IMG/VR virus record: IMGVR_UViG_3300036945_000956 | Strand: one strand, 5' to 3' | DNA from: a virus | Lineage: Duplodnaviria > Heunggongvirae > Uroviricota > Caudoviricetes | Length of the DNA stretch: 64,000 nt | Part shown: piece by piece, positions 20,808 through 29,262 of the stretch | Layout of the letters: the number at the start of each line of letters is the position of its first letter | Position numbering within the stretch: position 1 is the stretch's first letter | Position numbers and translations under genes: made by a program | The notes under the pieces: model-generated | Database searches by the model: none | What the model was told of the DNA's origin: nothing | The model's input: the letters and a program-made list of their open reading frames with translations, nothing else

Positions 20808-22202
20808 ATGGTAGAAGTAACCAGCAAACCAACTGATATATCTAAGATTCAAGATATTATGAATGCAATTAGTTCAAATGGTGGTTCAGATAAAACTGGG
20901 CTTATGGTAGATTATGCTGCTGGTTCAAAACTTGAAAGTGGTATCAATGAACTTAAAATGATTGGCAAAGAACAAGCTGTTTATCTTAAAAAAATGGTTG
21001 GTTATCAAGAAGCAATGCTTGGAAAGGCCAGAAGAGAAGATGTATCTAGTGCTGCAACGCCATCAAAAAAAGGTAAAAAAGATAATGATGAAGAAGAAAG
21101 TAAATCTGCTAGTTTAGGTTCGGTATTAGCAGCTGCTGGATCAGCAGGACTTATGTCATTACTTGGACCTTTAGGATTACAAGCTGCAGCAGGAATGTTA
21201 CTTAGAGGTGGAGGTGGCGCTGACAAATTAAAGGGAGCACCTGGAAATGACCGACTGAATGTTAATGACACAAAACCAAAAACATCGACAAAATACTTAA
21301 CTGTAGATGAGCGTCTTGCAGCAATTGCCGAAGATAAGCGTCTTGCCACACTTGCTGAGCAAGCATCATCCAAACCAAAAACATCAACAAAATACTTAAC
21401 TGTAGATGAGCGTCTTGCAGCATTTGCTAAAGATAAACTTCTTGCATCAATTGATGATCTGAATACAGTGCCAAAACCAAAACTATCTACAAAATACTTA
21501 ACTGTAGATGAGCATCTTGCAGCGCTCGGTGATAAAAAACCAACACTCAAACCAATGCCACCAATGAATGCTGGGTTAGAACCATTCAAATTAACACAAG
21601 ATATGCGTGTTACCACTGAAGCCGCACCTAAAATATATCCTAAAATATCAGATGCACCAACAAAAGGTATAGTTAAGCCACCAAAAATGTCCAAAGTACC
21701 TGGCGCACTTGGAGCATTATTATCAGGTGGTATGGGTTATTTTGATCAAGAATTAAAAGATGCCGGACTTGATGCCACACAAAGAATTCGTCAAGGTCTT
21801 CTTGAATCTATTCCTGGCGCAATTGATATGTTTGTTCAAGGTTTAATCACAGATCCACTTAATAGCATAACAGGAAGAGGATTTGCCGCTGAGGAAGATA
21901 AGTTTAATCTTGATATTACACCGGCATTTCGTAAATATATGTTGGCATCAATTGATGAAACGCCTAATAAAACAATAGCTGCAGCTCCAAATAGAATGAC
22001 AGCATTTAAAACGGCTATGGCACCAACAACAGTACCTGATAAAACCCTTGCACAACCACAAGCAGCACCTATTATTATTGCACCGCCTGCAGCACCAGCA
22101 TCATCTGTAGTGAACTCTAATAACCAACAGACCACCATTGTAAATCAAACAAAAAATGTGTCTGCATCGTTATACACACAGATGCTTGGTGGTAATCGGT
22201 AA
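20808..22202 (+). CDS. Repeat-containing virion protein, putative tape-measure or baseplate-hub (gp29-like), with a hydrophobic segment and 3 tandem repeats
   Basis: 464 aa. The hydrophobic stretch is SASLGSVLAAAGSAGLMSLLGPLGLQAAAGMLL. The repeat KPKTSTKYLTVDERLAAIAEDKRLA occurs three times (DNA repeats at about 21283, 21373 and 21478). A terminator follows at 22203. Confidence 0.45.
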   Translation: MVEVTSKPTDISKIQDIMNAISSNGGSDKTGLMVDYAAGSKLESGINELKMIGKEQAVYLKKMVGYQEAMLGKARREDVSSAATPSKKGKKDNDEEESKSASLGSVLAAAGSAGLMSLLGPLGLQAAAGMLLRGGGGADKLKGAPGNDRLNVNDTKPKTSTKYLTVDERLAAIAEDKRLATLAEQASSKPKTSTKYLTVDERLAAFAKDKLLASIDDLNTVPKPKLSTKYLTVDEHLAALGDKKPTLKPMPPMNAGLEPFKLTQDMRVTTEAAPKIYPKISDAPTKGIVKPPKMSKVPGALGALLSGGMGYFDQELKDAGLDATQRIRQGLLESIPGAIDMFVQGLITDPLNSITGRGFAAEEDKFNLDITPAFRKYMLASIDETPNKTIAAAPNRMTAFKTAMAPTTVPDKTLAQPQAAPIIIAPPAAPASSVVNSNNQQTTIVNQTKNVSASLYTQMLGGNR

Positions 22203-22242
22203 CAAAAAGGGGATGCATTTCTGCACCCCCTCATATTTCATA
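22203..22242. terminator. Bidirectional rho-independent terminator between the convergent genes
   Basis: GGGGATGCA...TGCACCCCC hairpin flanked by A and T runs on both strands. Confidence 0.6.
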
Positions 22243-22260
22243 ATATAGTCACATTACTGA

Positions 22261-23175
22261 TTAGTCATCAGCAAGGTTCTTGAAGAATGATAGACTGTCG
22301 TCATCATCCTCATCAATAGAAGGCGATGAAGCTTCACTCATAGCAGGAGCAGAACGTTCCTTAAACTTAGGAGTGTAGTCCATCACCTCATCATCGTCCT
22401 CAGCAGCAGTGGATGTGGGTGCACGTTTGCTACCGTCAAGACCAAGTGTGCTATACAATTTGGTCTTGAGTTCTTCATATGATTTGAAGTTTTTAGGATC
22501 GACAATATCCTTTAGAGAATTTTCTGATTTCCAGATTTCCTCTAGGCGATCATCATCTTCCAACAAAGGACCTGCTGGGGCAAAATCTGATTTGTCATAG
22601 TTCTGATAACCTTCATACTTACGAATTTTAAGTTGAAAGTTAGCACCTTTCCATAGATCGAAAGGGTTAACCTTTGCTTCACCTTCAAATTGTGGATTCA
22701 TAAGGTCATTGAGTTTTTCAAAGATTTTCTTACCAAACTTGTATAGGAAAACTTTGCCTTCATTAGAAGGATTTGCTGGATCACGTACGATATAGACGTT
22801 TGCAATATATGACTCACGACGCTTTTGTTTACGAACAATCTCTTTGTTTGCTTCAATACCTGTTGCCCAAAGTTCTGAGTTATGTTCAGAAACTGGATCA
22901 GGCATTCCAAGAGTTGTAAGTGATTTCTCAATATACCATTTACCAGTTGGTCCCTGGAATCCATGATCCCATAGGCGCACAAATGGCATTTCTTCATTTA
23001 CTGGAGGAGGGAGGAAACGAAGGACGGCAAAACCATTGCCAGCCTTATCAACGATTGGTTTCCAATATTTATCTTCGTCATTAGAATAGTTCGGCTTGCC
23101 CATTGATTTCAATTGATTATTCAATTTATCAAATGACGATGAACTGTTTTTCTTAAGGTCTGCGAAATTAACCAT
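22261..23175 (-). CDS. 32: Single-stranded DNA-binding protein gp32
   Basis: KAGNGFAVLRFLPPP, GKWYIEKS, VYIVRDPANPSNEGKVFLYKFGKKI and an acidic C-terminal tail, all T4 gp32 signatures. Confidence 0.85.
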   Translation of the reverse strand: MVNFADLKKNSSSSFDKLNNQLKSMGKPNYSNDEDKYWKPIVDKAGNGFAVLRFLPPPVNEEMPFVRLWDHGFQGPTGKWYIEKSLTTLGMPDPVSEHNSELWATGIEANKEIVRKQKRRESYIANVYIVRDPANPSNEGKVFLYKFGKKIFEKLNDLMNPQFEGEAKVNPFDLWKGANFQLKIRKYEGYQNYDKSDFAPAGPLLEDDDRLEEIWKSENSLKDIVDPKNFKSYEELKTKLYSTLGLDGSKRAPTSTAAEDDDEVMDYTPKFKERSAPAMSEASSPSIDEDDDDSLSFFKNLADD

Positions 23176-23196
23176 GTTTAGTATCCTTTATGCGAT

Positions 23197-23787
23197 TTAT
23201 TTGCGAAATGTTGCGATTATAGTAGTTTTAATTTTTGCCTTATCGAATGATAAGAATGGTCTATATTTGACACATGTTCTCTTTATATCAGGCCATATTA
23301 TTTTGTCAACCAATTTCTTATCCCAATAATCAAAAATATTTATCACGTCGTTTATCATAATCAAGGTTTCAGAATGTATTTGTTTTGTCAAGTACATTCG
23401 GATCAGTGGTGGATGTTGACCGTCCTTTGTAAGAACATTGGAATCAAAATCTCCATCCATGTTATTTATATCAGATTGGAAAGTATACATCAGTGATTGC
23501 TGAACTTTTTTCCAATCATTGTAGATAGTTTCACCATTACCATTACCAAGATCACCTATCCATAATTTAGGATTATGAATGATATTTGCTAAAAGATAAC
23601 TTTGAGAATCAGATCGTTTTGATAGTTTATAGAAAAAGAACTTGTCTTTTCTATTCTCAAAGGCATCTTGTGATGCTCTCACTTTACCATTGTATTTGAA
23701 AAAATCATAATCAGTGGTAAAGTGTTTCTTTAAAGCCAAATAGTACACATACAGATCATATGCAGCTTTTGTTGAATATATACTCAT
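23197..23787 (-). CDS. 59: gp59 loader of the gp41 DNA helicase
   Basis: RKDKFFFYKLSKR and the N-terminal HMG-like region resemble T4 gp59 RRDKYFFQKLSEK. The gene order 59 then 32 is as in T4. Confidence 0.7.
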   Translation of the reverse strand: MSIYSTKAAYDLYVYYLALKKHFTTDYDFFKYNGKVRASQDAFENRKDKFFFYKLSKRSDSQSYLLANIIHNPKLWIGDLGNGNGETIYNDWKKVQQSLMYTFQSDINNMDGDFDSNVLTKDGQHPPLIRMYLTKQIHSETLIMINDVINIFDYWDKKLVDKIIWPDIKRTCVKYRPFLSFDKAKIKTTIIATFRK

Positions 23788-24005
23788 ACTGGAAGTTGTG
23801 CCGTTTTTTCTTCTAATAAGTTAAGACGTTCTGCATCATTACGAACTTTTGCTTTTAATACAACAGAACGTCTTACAATTTCACCAATCAATTCAATTTC
23901 AATATCATGTTTTTCAGAGAAATGTACTAAAGCATCAATAAGACTGACTTCATTATTTGTATATTGTTCTACTTCTTTTAGGATCATTTCAGCTGAAAGT
24001 GTCAT
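23784..24005 (-). CDS. Hypothetical small protein (gp33/DsbA position)
   Basis: 73 aa ORF overlapping the gp59 start by 4 nt. Confidence 0.35.
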   Translation of the reverse strand: MTLSAEMILKEVEQYTNNEVSLIDALVHFSEKHDIEIELIGEIVRRSVVLKAKVRNDAERLNLLEEKTAQLPV

Positions 24006-24006
24006 A

Positions 24007-24204
24007 TTATTCCTTCAATACTTGAATCTGTGATGCCCATGTTTCGGCAATGTTTTGTGCCGTTTGTTCATTGACAAAGTTTTCAGATCTGAATAACTGA
24101 CCACTATTATTGTAGTAATGAACCTCATATAGACCATTATTTTTAATCACTTCAGCTCGGGCCTTTGAAGTCTGTTCATTAAAGTATGTTGAAATTAATT
24201 CCAT
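24007..24204 (-). CDS. Hypothetical small protein
   Basis: 65 aa ORF with the promoter cassette upstream (gatatgtcaatc at 24250). Confidence 0.4.
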   Translation of the reverse strand: MELISTYFNEQTSKARAEVIKNNGLYEVHYYNNSGQLFRSENFVNEQTAQNIAETWASQIQVLKE

Positions 24205-24267
24205 GTTTATCCTTTCATAGTCTATAGTTTAATATACACCAACTATAAGATATGTCAATCTAATAAT

Positions 24268-24302
24268 AAAATGTGGAGAGATTAAGTTCTCTCCACATTT
24301 TT
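24268..24302. terminator. Rho-independent terminator (AAAATGTGGAGAG...CTCTCCACATTTTT)
   Basis: Perfect 11 bp stem with A and T runs on both sides, immediately after the stop of the 24308..24655 gene. Confidence 0.7.
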
Positions 24303-24307
24303 AAGTA

Positions 24308-24655
24308 TTAGAAACTAACAGTGGCGCCAATAACTACATCACCGAAGTTAAAATTCTCATCTGTAGATACATTTGCATACAAATTAAAACTGTCGTTCAA
24401 ATCATACGAAGCTTCAAGATCAAGACCGACAAAATATACATCAGCCAAATCAATATCGGTACCGATTGTCAAGTCGACAGAAGCAAGACTGTAATACAAT
24501 GCTGGAGTTGCAGTCAATGCAATATCACCACCAGCGGTCAAATTGTATTCTGCATTGATGTCGGCGCCAACAGAGAAGCCATAGCCAAGGTCAGCAGCCA
24601 TTGCAGAAACAGCGGTCATTGCAAGGATGGTAGTTGCAAGAAGAATCTTTTTCAT
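24308..24655 (-). CDS. Secreted small beta-barrel outer-membrane-protein-like protein
   Basis: Signal peptide MKKILLATTILAMTAVSAMA. Alternating hydrophobic beta-strand pattern and a C-terminal Phe (…ATVSF), which is an OMP signature. Confidence 0.5.
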   Translation of the reverse strand: MKKILLATTILAMTAVSAMAADLGYGFSVGADINAEYNLTAGGDIALTATPALYYSLASVDLTIGTDIDLADVYFVGLDLEASYDLNDSFNLYANVSTDENFNFGDVVIGATVSF

Positions 24656-24689
24656 AGTATTTCCTTTAATTATATAAACATGTTTAAGT

Positions 24690-24996
24690 GAGCCCGTTAG
24701 GTTATACGGTGGAGCTCATACCGCAAGAGATTAAGCCGCTAGGCGAACCTCAGGTGCGAAATTTTCATTTGCCTTTAGTTTATTTAGCCGATACGAGGCC
24801 ATCCGGTAAACTCCACTCTATCTTCACACCTGTCGATCCTAATTTCGACCCCAGCAAAGATACACTACCAGACGGCGTAAAGCCTATCCCCGTGTCAAAA
24901 GACCATAAGCAGTGTATCTATGGTGGAGTCGTGCGGTACCGCCCCGCAGTCCAGAATGTGTCCATGTTGCTTCAATATTTACAAGTCTATTTATAA
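24690..24996 (-). ncRNA. ssrA: Circularly permuted (two-piece) tmRNA (ssrA)-like gene: acceptor piece followed by coding piece with a tag ORF
   Basis: On the minus strand, a T-arm UGCGG-GGCGGUA-CCGCA is followed by acceptor 3' strand CGACUCC, then A, then CCA (plus 24921 to 24950). After an intervening segment bracketed by the 9-bp inverted repeat AGAUACACU/AGUGUAUCU comes GGGGUCGAAAUUAGGAUCGACAGG (plus 24830 to 24853). That matches the tmRNA 5' consensus GGGGnnGAnnnnGGAUUCGACGGG, and its first 7 nt pair perfectly with CGACUCC. The downstream reading frame GCA AAU GAA AAU UUC GCA CCU GAG GUU CGC CUA GCG GCU UAA gives ANENFAPEVRLAA-stop (plus 24772 down to 24731). The GC content is far above the phage background. 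Confidence 0.6.
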
Positions 24997-25027
24997 CACC
25001 TTAATTAGTATATGTCAACCATTGTTT

Positions 25028-25327
25028 TCAAAGGTGTCCCCATGGTGTCCATGCTTTAGAATTATCAGTATCGGTAAAGTCATAGGTCTTTTCAAAGATG
25101 GCTTTATCACAAATATAAAGTTCAGCATCAATACCCATCATGAGATAGTCACCAGCTTTACCTTGCTTGTAATTACCTTCAAGAGTATTGACACGGAACT
25201 CTTCATGTATCTGTTTGGCATGAACAACAATAGGTCGTTTCATACAAGGTTGTAAATTATGCACATATTCATAAGTTTCAAACGTTTTCATATCAACCTC
25301 TATCATATCGCCTAATTGTTTCTTCAT
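25028..25327 (-). CDS. Hypothetical protein
   Basis: 99 aa ORF with the promoter cassette nearby (tatatgtcaacc at 25005 belongs to the downstream gene). Confidence 0.35.
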   Translation of the reverse strand: MKKQLGDMIEVDMKTFETYEYVHNLQPCMKRPIVVHAKQIHEEFRVNTLEGNYKQGKAGDYLMMGIDAELYICDKAIFEKTYDFTDTDNSKAWTPWGHL

Positions 25328-25425
25328 GTGTTAACTTATGTTTTGGTGTTGTCACAGGCACAGGAGGATTATCATCTTTCTTTTTAGCATCCTCTATGTC
25401 TGTTTCAAGTTTTTTATTATCCCAT

Positions 25426-25893
25426 TTAGCCATTGTCAGTTTCTTTCTTGTAAAAAATATGTCCGTCAATCTTTGTAGTAACAACATATGATTTTCTCCA
25501 AGAAGGTTTACTATTTAATGTGTGAAACATAACAGCACCATCTGTTGGATCGTTGCTAACCTTATGGGTTTTAAGAATCACATATGCTATATATAAGGCT
25601 CTAGCCCATGCATTATCATCCTTAGGATCATCAGACTTTTTATCTCTTGTCCATGAGAATTGACCTCTATCATAGACAACATCACAAATATCGTCTGGGT
25701 ATTCTGGAGAGTTAGTCCTATTAAGAGTCACCCATGCAACAGCTTTTTGACCCAGACTAGATTCACCTCTTGATTCAAAATAAACATTAAGTGCTAGACA
25801 ATTTAATTCATTCATATAATCATCATGTAGTGCTTCAACTTTAGTACTTGTTAAGATACTAGTGAGAATAATTATTCCTAAGATATATCTCAT
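25426..25893 (-). CDS. SleB-like cell wall hydrolase (Hydrolase_2 family) with signal peptide
   Basis: N-terminal hydrophobic leader. The motifs NVYFESRGE, AVAWVTLNR and YPDDICDVVYDRGQFSW match spore-cortex-lytic and cell-wall-hydrolase family proteins. Confidence 0.6.
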   Translation of the reverse strand: MRYILGIIILTSILTSTKVEALHDDYMNELNCLALNVYFESRGESSLGQKAVAWVTLNRTNSPEYPDDICDVVYDRGQFSWTRDKKSDDPKDDNAWARALYIAYVILKTHKVSNDPTDGAVMFHTLNSKPSWRKSYVVTTKIDGHIFYKKETDNG

Positions 25894-26036
25894 TTTGTAT
25901 TTCCTTATATAGTTAAAATATATTAGTTATAACTCATTAATCCTTTCATATTATTCAGAACCATTAATTCATTATACCATACTATAGAACTTTGTCAATA
26001 TAAATATGTTATATACTTATACAAAAATTACGTACT

Positions 26037-26354
26037 ATGGACAGAACAATGGACAAAAAGTCAAGTCGCATTGGTTATGATAGTGATGGAGATGGTGTTA
26101 TTTCAAATAGTGATATTAAAAAGACTCAAGAGATAATTGAGATTGAGAATCTAGATAAAAAAGAAGACCAACAACGGCGCATGGCATGGATTGCTATGGC
26201 GTCAATGGTCTTCTTTACAGCATTGTTATTTTTACCATGGATTGATACAGAACGCATCCAGGCTATAGATAATATCCTGGGCATGTTTTACATTGCCCAG
26301 GCTGGTGTAGTCGCTACATTTTTTGGAAGTCAAGCTTACATGAGCAGAAGTTAA
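26037..26354 (+). CDS. Small membrane protein (2 TM), candidate holin-like partner of the divergent hydrolase; late promoter upstream
   Basis: A rare plus-strand gene in this region. TATAAATA at 26005 to 26012 lies 25 nt upstream of the ATG. Hydrophobic segments are FFTALLFLPW and IAQAGVVATFFG. Confidence 0.45.
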   Translation: MDRTMDKKSSRIGYDSDGDGVISNSDIKKTQEIIEIENLDKKEDQQRRMAWIAMASMVFFTALLFLPWIDTERIQAIDNILGMFYIAQAGVVATFFGSQAYMSRS

Positions 26355-27301
26355 GCAGCCTCTGCCATTTCCAAGGCCAATTCCAAGGCCTGAGTTTTCA
26401 GCTTTTTGTTAGTGCCATACCATGCCGATTGCATCCGCGTATCGGCCGAGCGACCCAATTCATGGTCAGTCATGAAGGTAATCGAGTTAAAGGCAGACCA
26501 CCAAGAGCCTTCGGCAAACTCAGCACCTGGTTGTTCAATCAGAACTTCCATTGCACGGGCGGCGGTGCGGCTCAATTCACCTTCCTTCTTGTTTGACATA
26601 CCCAACAACTCACCGAAGTATTGTTTGACGGTATCCTCAGTGGTGCGCTTGGAGCCAAGGAAGGAAGCCATTTCCTTGTATTGCGACATCTTGAAGTGTG
26701 CAATGCCCATCATATCTTTGACAGCATCAGCATCAAACTTTTGACGGTGGTTCAACTTGACTGCATTTGCAGCGGTCTGGTTGAGCGACAATGTCAAGGT
26801 GTTGTTACATACCACACGGATAGGAGTAAACCGAATGTCGATGGTCTTGCCGTATTGGTGTGGGTTCGAGAAGAGCATGTAGCTCTCAACTTTATCACCA
26901 TTGAACAATTCAAAGTCATCATCAACTTTTGCCAAGGCCCAGATGATCTCACCGTTCTTCAAAGAACCTGCAGTGTGCATTTTCATCTTACCAGCATCGG
27001 TGAAGTCCTTGAAGAACTCAAAGGCCTCTTCGTTTTGGACAGGGTGCCAACCCTTGCCGACCTGAGTCAATACACGGCCGTCAGTTTCACGGATCAGTGC
27101 TTTCATACCGGTTGGGACTTTTTTGCCGTTGAACTCAGCAAAGGTTTCAACCTCTTGTACACGCCAGTCAACACCAGCAGCCTTCATCATATCGGCAGGA
27201 GCCAAATCATCGGCAACCTGAACACCCAGGCCATGCCAAGGCAATTCACCGACAAATGCCATCTGAGCAGCGCCGTTAACAAATTCAATCTCGTGAGCCA
27301 T
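26351..27301 (-). CDS. DUF932 family protein (phage and plasmid HGT-associated)
   Basis: 316 aa with the N-terminal signature ...LPWHGLGV... GC is about 50 percent against a background near 33 percent. Confidence 0.55.
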   Translation of the reverse strand: MAHEIEFVNGAAQMAFVGELPWHGLGVQVADDLAPADMMKAAGVDWRVQEVETFAEFNGKKVPTGMKALIRETDGRVLTQVGKGWHPVQNEEAFEFFKDFTDAGKMKMHTAGSLKNGEIIWALAKVDDDFELFNGDKVESYMLFSNPHQYGKTIDIRFTPIRVVCNNTLTLSLNQTAANAVKLNHRQKFDADAVKDMMGIAHFKMSQYKEMASFLGSKRTTEDTVKQYFGELLGMSNKKEGELSRTAARAMEVLIEQPGAEFAEGSWWSAFNSITFMTDHELGRSADTRMQSAWYGTNKKLKTQALELALEMAEAA

Positions 27302-27556
27302 TTTGTATTCCTCTGTTTTGTTTTGGTTACATAGTCAACATAACATACAATTAAAACAATGTCAACAATTATTTTTAAAATATTTCACAACCATCATATC
27401 TTTTTCAGTCAGCTTTTTCACAAAGGGCATACCTTGGTGAGCAACAAGATCACCGACACGAGCAAACTCATTTGCAAGAATGTCATTGTGATAGGTCTTA
27501 GCGACAGTCATCATGCGATCGCCTAGGATTTGAAGTTTATTCATGGTCAGTTCTCC

Positions 27557-27934
27557 TTATGCTGCAAACAAGAATTTTGCCATATCTTCGGCACATTTGT
27601 AACGCTTACCGTCAGAAGCTTTCTGATAGATGAAAGGCATCTTATGGGCACGACTGTTATAGCCAACAAGTTCATCACCATTGGCATTCTTCAGTTTTAG
27701 ACCTTTCAGTTTGATCACAGTCTCAAGCATAGAATCGGCACGAGTTTTCACACCGATGACCTTAGCCGTCACTTTGATCTCGACTTCAGCTTCACTGAAC
27801 TTCATATTGCCGACAGCAATCTCAAGATTTGCGGCAACACCGTATTTTTCAAGGACGGCAGCCATTTCAGCGCGAAGAGCTTTCAGATTAGCACGGTCAA
27901 ACTTAGCAAATTTAGTCATTGTCATTTCCTTCAT
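27557..27934 (-). CDS. Hypothetical protein; start inside the conserved promoter-SD cassette
   Basis: ATGAAGGAAATGACAATG sits directly downstream of TTGACA-17-TATAAA. The likely true start is the third ATG, with AAGGAAA as the SD. Confidence 0.5.
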   Translation of the reverse strand: MKEMTMTKFAKFDRANLKALRAEMAAVLEKYGVAANLEIAVGNMKFSEAEVEIKVTAKVIGVKTRADSMLETVIKLKGLKLKNANGDELVGYNSRAHKMPFIYQKASDGKRYKCAEDMAKFLFAA

Positions 27935-27947
27935 TGGTTACATATAC

Positions 27948-27976
27948 TTTATAATATAAACAAAAGCAAATGTCAA
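27948..27976 (-). promoter_or_regulatory. Early sigma70-like promoter (TTGACA, 17 bp spacer, TATAAA), prototype of the repeated cassette
   Basis: Read on the minus strand: GTTGTTGACATTTGCTTTTGTTTATATTATAAAGTATATGTAACCAATGAAGGAAATG. A near-identical 75 to 95 bp copy lies at 29457 to 29530. Confidence 0.7.
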
Positions 27977-27989
27977 CAACAAAATGCAT

Positions 27990-28235
27990 TTATTTCAAAT
28001 TATTTTTTGTTTCAATCAGAACACAAGGTGCCTCGGTTTCAATCCAAAGCTTTGCACCACATGGTCTAGGACTGTCTGGTCTATAGATCATTCGACTAGG
28101 ACCTTGTATATCGACTTCCATACAGTATTGTACAACACCATTGGTTTCGACACGGACAACTGGTTCCGCCCGACTATGCTTTGCATTCTGTTGAATGATG
28201 TTTCTATTGATATGGATAATGGTTGTGGTAGCCAT
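27990..28235 (-). CDS. Hypothetical small protein
   Basis: 81 aa ORF in the array of small early genes. Confidence 0.35.
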   Translation of the reverse strand: MATTTIIHINRNIIQQNAKHSRAEPVVRVETNGVVQYCMEVDIQGPSRMIYRPDSPRPCGAKLWIETEAPCVLIETKNNLK

Positions 28236-28238
28236 ATG

Positions 28239-28586
28239 TTATCTCCGCATTGCACTCACTTCGATGGCCTGTTCGGCTGTAGTGATGGGGATGGCATTGC
28301 TCTTATGTGTTGTAGCAATACCTTTGATCAATGTACCAGTATATACATTCCGTTCCTTTGCAGCACCATTCGAGCATACTTTATTGCTCAAAGGAACCGA
28401 AGGTTTTGTTGACTTGTAGTCTGGAATACTATTGACAGAAGACTTGGCTACTTTATTGTAACCTTGTTCTTCCATCCATTTCTCATGTCGTTCCTGTGCA
28501 GCTAGAAGCCGTTTATTCTTTGTCTTTTTTGTCTTGCTGTTATACTTTGTGGTCGCCATATACGGACCAACAAGATGCATTGTCAT
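28239..28586 (-). CDS. Hypothetical basic protein
   Basis: 115 aa ORF with a Lys-rich N-terminus. Confidence 0.35.
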   Translation of the reverse strand: MTMHLVGPYMATTKYNSKTKKTKNKRLLAAQERHEKWMEEQGYNKVAKSSVNSIPDYKSTKPSVPLSNKVCSNGAAKERNVYTGTLIKGIATTHKSNAIPITTAEQAIEVSAMRR

Positions 28587-28765
28587 TTCCAGCCTCCGAT
28601 AGGGGAATATGTCGATACAATTTTATTCGAACTCATCTCAACAATGTTGCACTCGAACCCACATGCAACTGCTGCATCCTTAGCTTTTGATACATCAGTG
28701 AACTTCTTCCCCAATGCATGACCAAAATTATAGAACTGAACTTCATAGTACATGTCATTCTACCT

Positions 28766-29029
28766 TTAATAAGAGTATTTGTCTTTGAATGCTGCATTCG
28801 GAAACAATTGTTTCAGAGCAGTAACAATGTGAGCATCAACCACTGACCGATCAGTATAGGCTTCCTCAGTAATACCAGAACGGTGAGCAATCGTCCATGC
28901 ACTTGTAGCATCAGTCACATGGGAACGTTCAGTGATGCCGAACCGATCGGTAATACCAAAGTTCTTAGAAAACCATACATCAATCATCTCGGTCCAACGA
29001 ACAATTGTTTCTTGATCAAACTTTGACAT
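28766..29029 (-). CDS. Hypothetical protein
   Basis: 87 aa ORF. Confidence 0.35.
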   Translation of the reverse strand: MSKFDQETIVRWTEMIDVWFSKNFGITDRFGITERSHVTDATSAWTIAHRSGITEEAYTDRSVVDAHIVTALKQLFPNAAFKDKYSY

Positions 29030-29250
29030 TAGATATTGATCCCTTCAAAGTAACGAATGTCAGCTTCGGTAGTCCATGGATCCTCATTTTGAATCCGCAT
29101 AACAAATTCAGCCCAAAGACCTTTGGCTTTGGCATCAAGTGCACGGGACAATCCAAAATCATTTGCAGCAAAAGCAAGTTTGGAATTGCGGATCATGGAC
29201 TTAATGGCGTCACGGATTTGGTCAATTGTCAAGTCAGCATATTTGGTCAT
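29029..29250 (-). CDS. Hypothetical protein
   Basis: 73 aa ORF with stop and start overlap to its neighbour. Confidence 0.35.
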   Translation of the reverse strand: MTKYADLTIDQIRDAIKSMIRNSKLAFAANDFGLSRALDAKAKGLWAEFVMRIQNEDPWTTEADIRYFEGINI

Positions 29251-29262
29251 GGTCAGTTCTCC

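Noticed and set aside
24780-24830. 13-nt match CGGUAAACUCCAC to bacterial RNase P RNA when read on the plus strand
   Set aside because: It is an isolated short match. No P4 helix or other RNase P conserved regions are present. The minus-strand tmRNA interpretation explains far more of the region.
24688-24996. Plus-strand 102 aa ORF (MSPLGYTVELIPQ...)
   Set aside because: It coincides with the GC-rich tmRNA-like element. There is no promoter or SD, and the region is better explained as structured RNA on the minus strand.
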